Shown: positions 10,465 to 21,677, numbered from the stretch's first letter. The stretch is DNA of 64,000 bases from Promethearchaeota archaeon (GCA_029838195.1 JALGVJ010000008.1:1-64000), one strand, 5' to 3'. Numbers and translations: made by a program. The notes: generated by a model not told the origin, from the sequence alone.

Positions 10465-11355
10465 ATGGCAGAATTTGATATCATGTATTCCATTATTGGC
10501 TTTGTAATTTGCGGATTGGCCCTTATTCACGTGTGGTTTGATGTTCAGAAAAATCGGATTCAGAGAGTTTTAATGTTAATTAGCCTATTCATATACGCAA
10601 TTTTTTTAGAATATATTGGAATTACTACGGGTAATCATTATTATGCTAAAGATATTATAATGATTTTAGATATCATCCCCATTTCAATTCCATTAGCCTG
10701 GGTTGGAATCATGTATAGCAGTTTTATTATATGTGAGCGCTTGAAATTATCCAAATGGAAATGGATTTTAACCAGTTCATTATTGGCTCTCAGCTTGGAT
10801 TGGGGCATGGATCCAATAGCAGTTCAATTAGGATTGTGGACGTGGGTTTATGAAGGGTCATATTTTGGTGTTCCAAGTTTTAATTTTATTGGCTGGTTTT
10901 TAATTCCCATCTCCTATTTAGTCTCATGCGCTCTAAATTGGAATGGCGAGAAAAAGCGCCCGGAATTATTATCAATTAAAGCTTTAGATATGCACGATAC
11001 GCTCAAAAGAAAACTCTACACTTTATTCTTAGTGCCGCCCATATCCCTCGCTTTATTACTACTTTTTGGTTTTATTAACTTAATACCAATTATTTACAAC
11101 CTTCCCTTTTTAATCGTTGTAATTCTTGAAGTCCTTTCTATTTTTACGATTTCTCTCATTTTAGTGAAACGCAGAAAAATGCTAAATCGTTCCAATTTTC
11201 ATGATCTCATCCCTCCCATCATTCTATTATTTATTGCATGGAATTATGGGTTTATGGGTTTAATTTTAGTCAATGCTACATTAGGAATGTTAATGTTTTT
11301 CACATCAATCCCCATTTTTCTGGCATTTTTATTTACAATTAAAAAAACGACTTGA
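10465..11355 (+). CDS. CruF/DUF422-like (carotenoid biosynthesis family) membrane protein
   Basis: EYIGITTG..Y, PISIPLAW, LDWGMDPIAV..GLWTW, YFGVPSFNFIGWF. Confidence 0.75.
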   Translation: MAEFDIMYSIIGFVICGLALIHVWFDVQKNRIQRVLMLISLFIYAIFLEYIGITTGNHYYAKDIIMILDIIPISIPLAWVGIMYSSFIICERLKLSKWKWILTSSLLALSLDWGMDPIAVQLGLWTWVYEGSYFGVPSFNFIGWFLIPISYLVSCALNWNGEKKRPELLSIKALDMHDTLKRKLYTLFLVPPISLALLLLFGFINLIPIIYNLPFLIVVILEVLSIFTISLILVKRRKMLNRSNFHDLIPPIILLFIAWNYGFMGLILVNATLGMLMFFTSIPIFLAFLFTIKKTT

Positions 11356-11551
11356 AGTAAAAAGAAAATCAATTAATATTTTTTATTTAGACTTTTTTTA
11401 TAAACTTTTGTCGTTTAGAAAATTCATTTATTTTATCACTGAAAATTTAAATACTATTAAGGAAATTTTTATTTATTATTTTTTCAATTTTATGTGTTTT
11501 TCAATTCATTTTATTTCAAAATTATGATAAAAAAATGGAAAAAAGAAAACT

Positions 11552-14446
11552 ATGATGGAAAAAGAGTTTTTAGATAAAATTGGTCATTATTCTGGAAACA
11601 AAAAGCTCAATACCTCAAATTTCGAAGAACCGGAAGCGGATACAGAACGAGTAAGAGAAAAATGGCTAGGTGGACAGAGAGAAATAAAAATTAAGAGAAA
11701 ATTAAAAAGATGGCAAGAAAAAGTTTCTAAGACGTTTAATTTTAATAAATTAGTCGTTCATATGGTAGGAGAATCTCACATTGATGTGGCTTGGATGTGG
11801 ACTTTTGAGCAAACTCGCAAAAAAGCCCAACGTACTTTTAAAAAAGCGATTTTACATTCAAAAATGTTTCCTAACTCATTTCATTTTGCATTAAGTGAGC
11901 CTATATTGTTAGAATGGATTAAAGAGGACGATTCGGAGCTGTTTAAAGAGATCCAAGAAATAGTAAAAAAAGGTAATATAGAGCTCGTTGGAGGATCTTA
12001 TGTGGAGCCTGATTGTCAAATGCCTTCTGGCGAGGCTATGGTTAGACAAAGATTACATGGCATGCGATTCCTCCGGGATAATTTTGGCATTTTGCCGGAA
12101 ATTGAGTGGTTCTTGGATTCTTTTGGATATAATCATGGATTGCCTCAAATTTTAGTAAATTCTGGGGCTAAATTTTTTTGGACAACTAAGATTACTTGGA
12201 ATCGAATAACCACCTTTCCATTTGTATATTTTTGGTGGCAAGGTCCGGATGGTACACGGATACTGACAGCAAACTTTCACATGGGAGATCAAGTGTTTGA
12301 AGATTGGGAAAAATATGAGGTGGGACGACATCTTTTAAAAGAAAATGGCAAAAAAATTTGGAACTATACTATGGATTATGATACTTATAAAAATCACGTG
12401 GATGAACATGAGATTTGTCCTCATGTGGGATATTTCTTTGGAGCCGGCGATGGAGGACACGGCCCTACTCATAAAGAAGTGGCAACTGCAAATGAATTAT
12501 CAAAATTACCGGTGTTTAAATGGAGTACCGTAAAAGATTTTTTTACATCCATTAAACTTCAAGCAGAAAGATTTCCCATGTGGAATGATGAGTTATATTT
12601 AGAGACTCATCGAGGGTGTTTTTCAAATCATGCGGAAGTGAAAAGACAAAATCGAAAATTTGAAAATCTTTTGGTTTCATTGGAAAAATTAGCGGTAATT
12701 TCCACTTTAGAAAATGAGGACTACCAATATCCTCGAAAAGAATTGGAAAAATTATGGAAAATCACCTTGAAAAACCAATTTCATGATGTGCTTCCTGGTA
12801 GCTCGATTCCAGAAGTATACGATGAGGTATGGGAAGATTGGCAGGAACAAGACCGTAATATTAATGAACTCATAGCAAAAATTTCAAACATGTATGAGGA
12901 TAATGAAAATTTAAATGATCAAGAAGACGTTGCATACATCTTACTTTTTAATTCATTAACATGGCATCGAAAGGCACGGATTTTCATTCCAATTCATGTA
13001 TTTAAAAAATTACCGGAACTAAATGCCGAAGGTAAGCCGCCCTGTGCTAAAATAGAAATTTTAGGCCAAGAAAAAGAATTTAATTATTGTCAACCAGTGG
13101 CGAAAGAATCAATGAATTTACCAGATGACTTGCCGGCGGGTTGGTGGACCCTGCTCGAATTAAACCCTCTTTCCATCGTGATTGCAAGAATAACATTAGT
13201 ACCTCAAGATGAATCAGAGCGCATCATATCGCAATCCCCATTTGATTTTACGCCAGATTCTCTCTCTAATGATCATTTGTTTCTCAAAATAAATCCTAAA
13301 ACCGGGGCTCTTACCGAAATTAAATGCAAGAAAATAGATGTAAACAAAAACCTAATCAAAGGAGATTCCTCCAATTTAACTTTTGGATATTTGGATGATG
13401 TTCCGACCGGTTATCATGCATGGAATCTTAAGGATGAATATTGGAAATATCCTCTCGACCTTCCAAATGATAAAGATGTGGAAATAAAAATAAATGAAAA
13501 AGGTCCCATTTTCATTTCCATAACAATAAATCGCACTTTAGGTATGAGCCCCGTGACTCAAAAAATCATTCTTTTTAAAGATAAACCGGAGATTTTTTTA
13601 GAATATCTTACAGATTGGAAACAAAAAGATGCCATGCTAAAAATTTTATATTCTACTACCACGAACGCCGAAAATGTTATTGCTGATGGGATGTTCTGCG
13701 CTGTTCAATCAAGCACGCAACCAAAAACACCGTGCGATAAAGCCCGATATGAAAAAATTTGTCATGAATATTTTGATTTAAGTACCCCCGATAATTCATG
13801 GGGACTTGCGCTTATTAATGAGGGAAAATATGCTTTTGATGTAGATGGAGGGGAATTTAAGCTCACTTTATTAAGAGCATGTAAATATCCTGAAAGTGCC
13901 CCGGAAGCGTGGATAAATGTCGAACGTGAATTAAATAAAAAACATTTCAACCATGATGTGCCGGAATATAGCGGATTGGGTCCTTTTAGATGTAGATATG
14001 CATTATTCCCTCATGAAGGAGGAAGCTTGAAATTTCCCGATGGGCGCCCCAATATTGTTGTTCATAGAAGTGCAAGAGAATTCAATAATCCTGTCATGGT
14101 CATTCCATTACACGGCACGCCCAAGCCTCCATCGGAAAAAAAGTTTCTTAATACTCCTATGTTCGAAATCCTCAATGAAAACGTGAGTTTAACTGCCTTA
14201 AAATTTAAGGAATGGGAAGATGATAATTCTCTCATCATGCGTTTTCATGAAACGTGTGGAATCCTTACGAGGGCAAGAATAAAATTTTGTTCTAACTTGA
14301 ATCAAAACATTATTTCTATAAAAGCAACCGACTTATTAGAAAGAGAAATTCAATCTGAGTTTGAATGGAATAATGAGACTTTATCATTTAACATCTCTCC
14401 TTTTCAAGTACGCACCTTTGAGCTTATATTAAAGCGATTGAATTAA
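11552..14446 (+). CDS. Alpha-mannosidase, glycoside hydrolase family 38
   Basis: ESHIDVAWMW, VGGSYVEPD..MPSGE, WFLDSFG, GDGGHGP, ELYLETHRG, NQFHDVLPGSSI. Confidence 0.95.
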   Translation: MMEKEFLDKIGHYSGNKKLNTSNFEEPEADTERVREKWLGGQREIKIKRKLKRWQEKVSKTFNFNKLVVHMVGESHIDVAWMWTFEQTRKKAQRTFKKAILHSKMFPNSFHFALSEPILLEWIKEDDSELFKEIQEIVKKGNIELVGGSYVEPDCQMPSGEAMVRQRLHGMRFLRDNFGILPEIEWFLDSFGYNHGLPQILVNSGAKFFWTTKITWNRITTFPFVYFWWQGPDGTRILTANFHMGDQVFEDWEKYEVGRHLLKENGKKIWNYTMDYDTYKNHVDEHEICPHVGYFFGAGDGGHGPTHKEVATANELSKLPVFKWSTVKDFFTSIKLQAERFPMWNDELYLETHRGCFSNHAEVKRQNRKFENLLVSLEKLAVISTLENEDYQYPRKELEKLWKITLKNQFHDVLPGSSIPEVYDEVWEDWQEQDRNINELIAKISNMYEDNENLNDQEDVAYILLFNSLTWHRKARIFIPIHVFKKLPELNAEGKPPCAKIEILGQEKEFNYCQPVAKESMNLPDDLPAGWWTLLELNPLSIVIARITLVPQDESERIISQSPFDFTPDSLSNDHLFLKINPKTGALTEIKCKKIDVNKNLIKGDSSNLTFGYLDDVPTGYHAWNLKDEYWKYPLDLPNDKDVEIKINEKGPIFISITINRTLGMSPVTQKIILFKDKPEIFLEYLTDWKQKDAMLKILYSTTTNAENVIADGMFCAVQSSTQPKTPCDKARYEKICHEYFDLSTPDNSWGLALINEGKYAFDVDGGEFKLTLLRACKYPESAPEAWINVERELNKKHFNHDVPEYSGLGPFRCRYALFPHEGGSLKFPDGRPNIVVHRSAREFNNPVMVIPLHGTPKPPSEKKFLNTPMFEILNENVSLTALKFKEWEDDNSLIMRFHETCGILTRARIKFCSNLNQNIISIKATDLLEREIQSEFEWNNETLSFNISPFQVRTFELILKRLN

Positions 14447-14550
14447 AAATATTAAAAGTCTTCCTTGAAGAAATGACTAATGCCTAAAAAATTCCCTTGA
14501 AAAAGATAATCCAAAAGTTTTATTTTTTTTGATATTATTTCTTAATTATT

Positions 14551-15762
14551 ATGACGGATTGGACTTCTTTTCGCCGTATAGAAGCCGTGTTCGAAGGGGA
14601 AATCCCTGATCGGGTTCCTAAATATGAAGGCTCTATTGAAATAAAGGAACTTAATCCCATAGCTAATGGACAAAAAAATGTTTTTGCTATTCTTTTCTTT
14701 TCTCCAGAAATCATTTCCATGTTTCATGATAATCCGAATCTTCTTTCTTCAATAGAAAATATTTTTTTAAATCCTCGGAGCATATTAGGATTATTAGGAG
14801 GTTCTATTAAGAAACTAACAAAAATCCATAGAGATTTTAATTATGACATGTTCCTTGCTGGTCCTGGAGTACCAATGGTATATTCTAACGAGATTTTTAA
14901 AGATTTTTACACCGAAGAAAATAATCTGGTCGTAAGAGGGCCAGGAGGGCGCCTTGTATGGCGAACGAGTCCTGAAGGCGCTCACGATAGGCGTGGATTC
15001 ATATCAAAACCCGAAGAATGGGAAAAATACATGAATTTAGATGCTGACCATCCCGCTAATTGGATTCTTGTAAAATCAACGGTTAAAGAATGCAAGAAAT
15101 TAGATATCGTGCCCTCCTTCTTGGTATTTGGAAGTGCGGCTTTTGAAGATTTGTGTAACATTTTTGGATTCAATGTATTATTTAAATTATTGATAAAAAA
15201 CAAGAATTTCATGAAAAAAATAATAAATCAATTGAATGAATATGCGATTAAAGTGGGAGAAAAAATCGTTAAAGAAGGTGGTAATTATTTATACATTTCA
15301 AATGATGTTGGATTAAAAAATAAAAGCATGATTTCTCCCAGAATGTTCAGAGAATTATTCAAACCGGCAATAACATCATTCTGTGAGCGAATGCATGAAC
15401 TTGGAGCAAAAGTAATAATGCATTCTTGTGGATATGTTATGGAAATGCTTCCTGACTTAATAGATTGTGGAATAGATGGACTTCATCCCATCGAACGTGA
15501 AGCCGGAAATGATATTGTAAAAATAAAACAACAATTTGGATCTAATTTAGTCATTCTTGGAAATGTACCCATTCCATTATTATCCCATGGAACGCCTCAA
15601 GAAGTAAAAGAATACGTTAAATTTTTATTAAAAAACGTTTCTAAGGATGGAGGGCATGTATTTTCTTCATCGCATTCGGTAACTCAATGGTGTAAATTAG
15701 AAAATTTTTTAACATGCCACGATACTATAGACCAATATGGTAATTATCCGATCCAGCTTTGA
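14551..15762 (+). CDS. UroD/MtaA-CmuA superfamily protein
   Basis: EIPDRVP, SNDVG, IMHSCG, LHPIE, ILGNV, GGHVFSSSHSV. Confidence 0.85.
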   Translation: MTDWTSFRRIEAVFEGEIPDRVPKYEGSIEIKELNPIANGQKNVFAILFFSPEIISMFHDNPNLLSSIENIFLNPRSILGLLGGSIKKLTKIHRDFNYDMFLAGPGVPMVYSNEIFKDFYTEENNLVVRGPGGRLVWRTSPEGAHDRRGFISKPEEWEKYMNLDADHPANWILVKSTVKECKKLDIVPSFLVFGSAAFEDLCNIFGFNVLFKLLIKNKNFMKKIINQLNEYAIKVGEKIVKEGGNYLYISNDVGLKNKSMISPRMFRELFKPAITSFCERMHELGAKVIMHSCGYVMEMLPDLIDCGIDGLHPIEREAGNDIVKIKQQFGSNLVILGNVPIPLLSHGTPQEVKEYVKFLLKNVSKDGGHVFSSSHSVTQWCKLENFLTCHDTIDQYGNYPIQL

Positions 15763-15910
15763 TTTTTAAAAGATTTATTAATTTTCTTCTATTTTTAAAA
15801 ATTTTATTTATTTCCCTCGCAAGTAAAAAAAAAACCAATATCTTCCAAAGAAGAGAATTTAATAAACCAAGTTGAGATAATTGAAGAATAAAAAAAAACA
15901 AATAAAAAGT

Positions 15911-15989
15911 AAAAAATTCCTTGCGAACTAAAGTTCGCTTCTAATCACTAAAATTTTTTCCTTTAATTATAAGATGGATTATATCAAGG
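15911..15989 (-). repeat. 79-bp dispersed element, copy 1, with hairpin at 15923-15938
   Basis: Its reverse complement is identical to 44004-44082. It contains GCGAACTAAAGTTCGC and lies just past the oligo-T tract following the LarA-family stop. Confidence 0.95.
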
Positions 15990-16013
15990 AAAAAAAAAAA
16001 AAATAAAAAAGAT

Positions 16014-17249
16014 TTATTTTTTTGGAAGTAGAATGCTACTTGGGACAATACAAGCGGAAGGCGAGTTCCCGAATCTTTCCTCTAATTTTTTAATAATATT
16101 AGAAAAATCATTCTCAAAAATGAGCGAATTCGGATAAAAATGATAAACATCGGCTTTTGTAACGTTTGGAGAAAATAAAAATATCGTTCTTTTTCCCATG
16201 GCTTTCCATAACACGTGTTCTCCATAATTTACATAAATCGGAGCCCCCCTTTCAGCATTGAGCGCATGATAGCCTCTCCCTTCCGTAGAAGCCGTCATCA
16301 TTACAATAGCCCCTTTAAAGGATACAAGTTTTGGCCGAAGCAAGTACATGTTTAACGCTTTTGGGCTTTGAGAAAGTTCTGTATCCTCCGGATATGCATT
16401 AAAAAATCCAATATCAAATTTTTTACCAGCTGGGATGTCCACTTCATACATCGATCTCAAAAATTCAACGGCCTTTCTGTGAGCGTCAATGAAATGTCCG
16501 GCAAAAATACCCGCATTTTCTCCTTGTATTTTAGGAATTACATTAATACTAAAATCCAAACCTACTCTTGAACAAACATCTTCTATATCTTTTCTTAAAT
16601 CTGTAATGTATCCTAATCCCACTCCTACCCCTCTTATGCTTGCGCGATGATTCGCCTCCAAAGTATCAAGACCGCAGATACCCGGCAACACGATCTTGGC
16701 TCCGCCACCAAAACCGGCAAGGGTATGAGGGATTACTCCACTAATGGCTATTTTAAGTTCAGCATCATGATAGGTTTTATTAATATAGATTGGCGTCCCT
16801 AATTTTGATTCACCGACGTGCTTCAAATTTAGAAAAGGATGATGGTTTTCAACATTTATTCTTTCTAAAATCTCAATACCAATCTTTTTGACTAAATCTT
16901 CCCGCATCATGGGGCGATGAGCTCCTAAAGCAATGAGAATGGTAATAGAATCATCATCAATCCCCACCTCATTTAATTGCCTTAAAATAACTTTTAAAAT
17001 TTTCTCAGGGCGCGTGTGTCGTGAAATATCATCCACCACGATCACAGCATTCTTTTTTCCTCGAGCAAGTTCCTGAAGAGGGAGAGTTCCAATGGGATTA
17101 TTTAATTTTTCTTCGATTTCCTTCTCGCTGTCGATAGCTGGAACATCCTTAATGTCAAAATAATGAATGTCCCAAGAATCAGGAAAATTTAATTCTAATT
17201 CTTTTGGTTCATACCACGACGCCCATGGAATTTTGTATGTTTGAACCAT
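16014..17249 (-). CDS. larA: LarA-family nickel-pincer-dependent alpha-hydroxy acid racemase/epimerase
   Basis: VVDDISR, ALGAHR, PHTLAGFGGGAKIVLPGI (cofactor-attachment Lys), ANH. Substrate not determined. Confidence 0.9.
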   Translation of the reverse strand: MVQTYKIPWASWYEPKELELNFPDSWDIHYFDIKDVPAIDSEKEIEEKLNNPIGTLPLQELARGKKNAVIVVDDISRHTRPEKILKVILRQLNEVGIDDDSITILIALGAHRPMMREDLVKKIGIEILERINVENHHPFLNLKHVGESKLGTPIYINKTYHDAELKIAISGVIPHTLAGFGGGAKIVLPGICGLDTLEANHRASIRGVGVGLGYITDLRKDIEDVCSRVGLDFSINVIPKIQGENAGIFAGHFIDAHRKAVEFLRSMYEVDIPAGKKFDIGFFNAYPEDTELSQSPKALNMYLLRPKLVSFKGAIVMMTASTEGRGYHALNAERGAPIYVNYGEHVLWKAMGKRTIFLFSPNVTKADVYHFYPNSLIFENDFSNIIKKLEERFGNSPSACIVPSSILLPKK

Positions 17250-17473
17250 GTTTCCCGCCTTTAAATACGTGAACTTGTTTATTAAATAAATTTTTATTAT
17301 TTACATGAAATAATATTACACATTAAAAATAATCAATATATTTTGGAATATTTTAAAATTTTATCAGGCCCTTCTTTCCTTTTCTTATCAAATGATTAAC
17401 CTTAAAAACCAATCTTTTTATTATCTTCTTCCTATTATTTATTATTCTCATCTTACTTTTTTTAAAAAATAAA

Positions 17474-18661
17474 ATGCTAACGAATGCTGACGAATTCATG
17501 GGATATGAACGACCAAAAAAAAAGGTCGGAATTCGCAATAGGATAGCTATAATCGCTAGCGTTTCGTGCGTAAACCACACGGTTAAAAAAATCGCCCGAG
17601 GTATAGAAAATTCCGTATCAATTACGCATCCGTTAGGTTGCGGGCAATTTGGAGTAGATCTCCTAAATGTTCAACGCACATTAATAGGATTAGGCACGAA
17701 TCCTAATGTATATGGTGTAATTGTTGTAGGATTAGGTTGTGAAAATTTAACTTCTGAATATCTCGCCCGACACATTAAAAGGAGCAAAAAACCAGTAGAA
17801 TATTTTGATTTGCAGGAAATAAAAGGAGGAGAACCTGTAGCCGTTGAAAAAGGAATAAAGATTGGACGAAAAATGCTCTCAGAAGCAAAAGAAATGAAAC
17901 GCGAGCCCTTTGACTTTTCCTATTTAACCTTGGGATTAGAATGTGGAGGTTCCGATTCGATTTCTGGAATAACGAGTAATCCGGTCGTGGGTAAAATCAC
18001 GGATAAAATTATCGCTTTGGGAGGAACTGCGATTTTACCCGAATTTACAGAATGGATTGGAACAGAACATTTACTAATGAAAAGAGCAAAAAATAAAAAT
18101 GTGGCAAAACAAATTGAAGTCCCGATAAAAAAGCTCTTAAAAAACACCATGAAAATGGGGATTGATTTCAGGGGAACACAACCTTCTCCGGGAAATATAG
18201 AAGGAGGCTTAACCACCATAGAAGAGAAATCTTTAGGCACCACTATAAAATCCGGAACGGTGCCTATAGAAGGCGTGATTAATTATTCGCAAGCACCAAA
18301 AAGAAAAGGGCTTTGGCTGATGATTGAACCCGGTAATGATATCGAATCGATGACGGGACTCGCAGCGGCGGGGGCTCAAATAATTACCATGACAACTGGT
18401 AGGGGAAGTCCAACAGGAAATCCCATCGCTCCCGTGATAAAGTTGTGTGGGAGCCCTCGTGCGTGTGAATGGTTAAAATGTCATATTGATGTAGATGCCA
18501 GTACAATCATTACTAAACAAGCCTCCATTGAAGATATTGCACGAGTGCTATGGCAAGAAATTATTATGACGTGTAATGGAAAATTAACGAAAGCGGAACA
18601 ATTAAGCCATAATAATATTGCTATTTGGCGACATTTAGCATTTCCCTTCCCATTAACATGA
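17474..18661 (+). CDS. UxaA/GarD/SuyB-family hydro-lyase, large subunit without SAF domain
   Basis: F.GYER..KVGIRN, HPLGCGQ, VGLGCE, LECGGSDSISG..SNP, PSPGNIEGGLTTIEEKSLG, TTGRGSP.GNP.APVIK. Confidence 0.92.
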   Translation: MLTNADEFMGYERPKKKVGIRNRIAIIASVSCVNHTVKKIARGIENSVSITHPLGCGQFGVDLLNVQRTLIGLGTNPNVYGVIVVGLGCENLTSEYLARHIKRSKKPVEYFDLQEIKGGEPVAVEKGIKIGRKMLSEAKEMKREPFDFSYLTLGLECGGSDSISGITSNPVVGKITDKIIALGGTAILPEFTEWIGTEHLLMKRAKNKNVAKQIEVPIKKLLKNTMKMGIDFRGTQPSPGNIEGGLTTIEEKSLGTTIKSGTVPIEGVINYSQAPKRKGLWLMIEPGNDIESMTGLAAAGAQIITMTTGRGSPTGNPIAPVIKLCGSPRACEWLKCHIDVDASTIITKQASIEDIARVLWQEIIMTCNGKLTKAEQLSHNNIAIWRHLAFPFPLT

Positions 18662-18701
18662 TATTTTATTTTAATATTAAAAAACTCGAACGTGAAAAAT
18701 C

Positions 18702-19640
18702 GTGCTTGATAAGATCAAAGGTATCATACCTCCAATTATTACACCTCTTAAAAATGATGAAAATATTGATGAAAAAGGATTACAAGTAATTGTCGATTTT
18801 TTGATTGATCATGGCGTTGCAGGGATTTTTGCTCTCGGAACTGCCGGTGAATTTCCTTATATCCCTTTAAAAAAACGCATTCAAGTGATAAAAATAATTA
18901 AAGATCAACTTAAATCAACGTGTTTCTTGCTCATGGGAATTTCCGATTTATCGCTGAAAAACATTTTATTGCTATTAAATGAAGGTTTAGACCTTGACGT
19001 TGATGGATTTGTTATTACGTTTCCTCAATACTTCAGTTTAAGTTCGGATGAAATTCGGCTAATATTAAAAAAGATTCATGAAAATGCTAGAGGCAAACCC
19101 ATTTTGGCCTATGATGTTAGTAGCGTAGTTCCAACTACAGCTCATTTGCCACCAAGATTAATAATTGAGCTTGCTAAAGAAAGAATAATTCAAGGATTAA
19201 AATATACGGGAGCCGACTGGGAACATCATGTGAAAATAATTTTGGAAGGTATAGAAGATCGAAATACCTTTAAATTTCTTGCGGGAACCGAACGTATTGC
19301 TCATGCCTTTTATGAACATGAAATTCCTCTTGATGGAGGTATTTTTTCTGCCTCAAATTTATTTCCTCGGCTCTATCATGACTTTTTTGAAGCATTAAAA
19401 ACTAAAAATGAAGTTGGCTTATCGAGGACGCTTCCTCTTATTTCCTCAACCGGGGGAATATTTGGAACGGTGCCAAGTTCTGCGGGACCGAATTTAATTA
19501 AACAAATATTAATTAAATTGGGTGCGCCAATAACTGATAACGTACATTCCCCCTTACCACGTATAAAATCGCGTGTATTTAAAAAAATCGATAAGCTTCT
19601 TGCGCAAATCGATTCTGAAGGATATTTAGATAGATTCTAA
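18702..19640 (+). CDS. DapA/N-acetylneuraminate lyase family class I aldolase (KDG aldolase/dehydratase-like)
   Basis: KGIIPPIITP, LGTAGEF, ILAYD, GLKYTG (Schiff-base Lys). Confidence 0.88.
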   Translation: MLDKIKGIIPPIITPLKNDENIDEKGLQVIVDFLIDHGVAGIFALGTAGEFPYIPLKKRIQVIKIIKDQLKSTCFLLMGISDLSLKNILLLLNEGLDLDVDGFVITFPQYFSLSSDEIRLILKKIHENARGKPILAYDVSSVVPTTAHLPPRLIIELAKERIIQGLKYTGADWEHHVKIILEGIEDRNTFKFLAGTERIAHAFYEHEIPLDGGIFSASNLFPRLYHDFFEALKTKNEVGLSRTLPLISSTGGIFGTVPSSAGPNLIKQILIKLGAPITDNVHSPLPRIKSRVFKKIDKLLAQIDSEGYLDRF

Positions 19641-20020
19641 ATGTTTTAATAATTTTTTTCTTATTTTTCTAAAAATTGAGGAAAAGCTTTAAGAATTCTT
19701 GGCTTATATTCCTTTAAAAATGAAATCAAAATAAAAAATGTATCCTTATTTCGCATGAGGTCTCGTGCTCTTGTTAAAAAAGGGATTAATCTAACACCTT
19801 TACCTAAATCATGATCGCCTCTATTTCGCAATTAAATCATCATGTCGGGCGTCTTTCCTTTTCCATTATTCACCATGGAACCTAATTATTTAATTAAATA
19901 CTTGTTTTAGAAATTAGTACCGGGCATTAAAGATTTAAATAGGATTCTAAATGAGTTTTAAATGTACTACTAAAAATTTATATATAAAAATTAAGGAAAA
20001 GAATAACTCCATTTAAAAAA

Positions 20021-20791
20021 GTGAATAATTATATGAATGAATCCCCCAAAATGGAAGAAGTAAAACCGGGTGTTACATGGAGGCATCTCGTTGTTACAGC
20101 TTTAGCTACAGGTGTGGCAACAATTTTAGCCATCTACGCTGTAATCGCAGCTCCGGTAGCTCCTTTCCCTGGTGTTAGCGGTCTATATTTAGCCGCTGCA
20201 GTATATGTTCCTTTAAGTTTATGGCTCGGAATGTGGGGTGTATTAGCTGGCTATATTTCCTGCGTGATTTTGGGATTTGTATCTGGATTTGGTATTTGGT
20301 CCTTTTATTGGGCATTGGCAGATCTTTTCGAGGGATTAGTGCCTCTTTTAGCCTTTAGAATAGCTAAAGCCGATGTTGATATAGGTAAGGATTTAAAACG
20401 CCCCAAAGAATTATATTTATTGTTAGCAGTGTTAATAATTAATATCATCATCTCTGCTATAGCGACCGCATTAACTTTAACTATTATCTGGATCATTACT
20501 TTGATTATTGCGATAGCTCTTCTAATTGCGATGTATGCTATTAATCCTTCTAAATCGTGGCTTCTCTACGTAGTTTTTGGCGTGTTTGGAGCGGCCTTTA
20601 TTTCGGCTGTATTTGGAATTTCTGGTATTATCTTAGCAGGTTTTGCTCCCGCCGAAAGCTTTTGGATTGGCTTTATAGGATGGTTTGCGGGCGATTTAAT
20701 TGTTCTCTCGGCAATTGCGACACCCATGATGGTCGCTCTCACGGGACGTCTAAAGGAAACTTCGATTTTTGTAGATAATTGGTTTTCATGA
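20021..20791 (+). CDS. Probable ECF transporter substrate-binding (S) component
   Basis: Multi-TM protein 9 bp upstream of EcfT- and EcfA-like genes. The true start may be the ATG at 20033 or 20051. Confidence 0.7.
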   Translation: MNNYMNESPKMEEVKPGVTWRHLVVTALATGVATILAIYAVIAAPVAPFPGVSGLYLAAAVYVPLSLWLGMWGVLAGYISCVILGFVSGFGIWSFYWALADLFEGLVPLLAFRIAKADVDIGKDLKRPKELYLLLAVLIINIIISAIATALTLTIIWIITLIIAIALLIAMYAINPSKSWLLYVVFGVFGAAFISAVFGISGIILAGFAPAESFWIGFIGWFAGDLIVLSAIATPMMVALTGRLKETSIFVDNWFS

Positions 20792-20800
20792 TAAATAAAG

Positions 20801-21673
20801 GTGAGAAGAGTTTCAACTCTTTCTAAAACTTTTTTTTCTTATATTCCATCTTCCAACGTGATGGCCAAAACCCATCCCCTGGTAAAGATGGCCATCGTAT
20901 GTATTTTAAGCATTAGTGGTTTTATTTTAATCAGTTATATTGATTTACTTGCACTTTTATTCTTCAATATTCTTCTTATTCTCATTTTGAAGATACCCGT
21001 TTTTTCTAAGCAATTTAGGAAAGTCATCATTGCTTTTTTCTTCATGAATGTTTCCATTTTCATTGCATGGTCCTTTTTTTCGGAGCGTCCCGGTAACATC
21101 ATTTTTTATGAAAACACCATCGTTCTAATTGAAAATAAATGGATTTGGCACGTGTTAATTACCGACGTGACCTTAATAACAGCAGGAACCATTTCTATTC
21201 GAGCTATCATAATGTTCCTCTTAATGTTATTTTTTTTCACCAGCATTTCTGATAGGGATTTGATTTATGGATTGCGTTCGATAAAAGTGCCCTTTGCTCT
21301 CTGTTTATTGATTAATTTGACGTTTCGAGGATTAACCATGTTTCAGCAAGAATATTCTACGGTTAAAGAAGCCATGATGACCCGTGGAGTAGAATTTAAG
21401 CGCATTTCGATCCCTAAGCGTGTGAATAATTTTATAAATATTTTCATGACGTTAATCGTATTAATGTTTAAAAAGACGGAAGACATGGCAAATTCCATTG
21501 AAGCAAGGGGCATTCCTTTTCGATCAAAAAAGCGAACAATTTACCAATATTTTCCCATGAGAAAAACGGATTATTTTATTTTATTTCTTCTGCTCCTTTT
21601 TCTTGTCGTTTCAATAATAGCACGATTCATGAATGAAAGCTTAATTTTATTATTACTGAATATTTTCCCGTGA
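20801..21673 (+). CDS. ecfT: ECF transporter transmembrane (T) component
   Basis: HPLVK, two X-R-G coupling motifs (AMMTRG, SIEARG). Confidence 0.9.
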   Translation: MRRVSTLSKTFFSYIPSSNVMAKTHPLVKMAIVCILSISGFILISYIDLLALLFFNILLILILKIPVFSKQFRKVIIAFFFMNVSIFIAWSFFSERPGNIIFYENTIVLIENKWIWHVLITDVTLITAGTISIRAIIMFLLMLFFFTSISDRDLIYGLRSIKVPFALCLLINLTFRGLTMFQQEYSTVKEAMMTRGVEFKRISIPKRVNNFINIFMTLIVLMFKKTEDMANSIEARGIPFRSKKRTIYQYFPMRKTDYFILFLLLLFLVVSIIARFMNESLILLLLNIFP

Positions 21674-21677
21674 TTCA

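Noticed and set aside
19650-20020. Riboswitch or gene remnant upstream of the ECF operon (TATTTCGCA occurs twice)
   Set aside because: No recognisable riboswitch consensus or protein similarity by eye; an Rfam/Infernal search would be needed.
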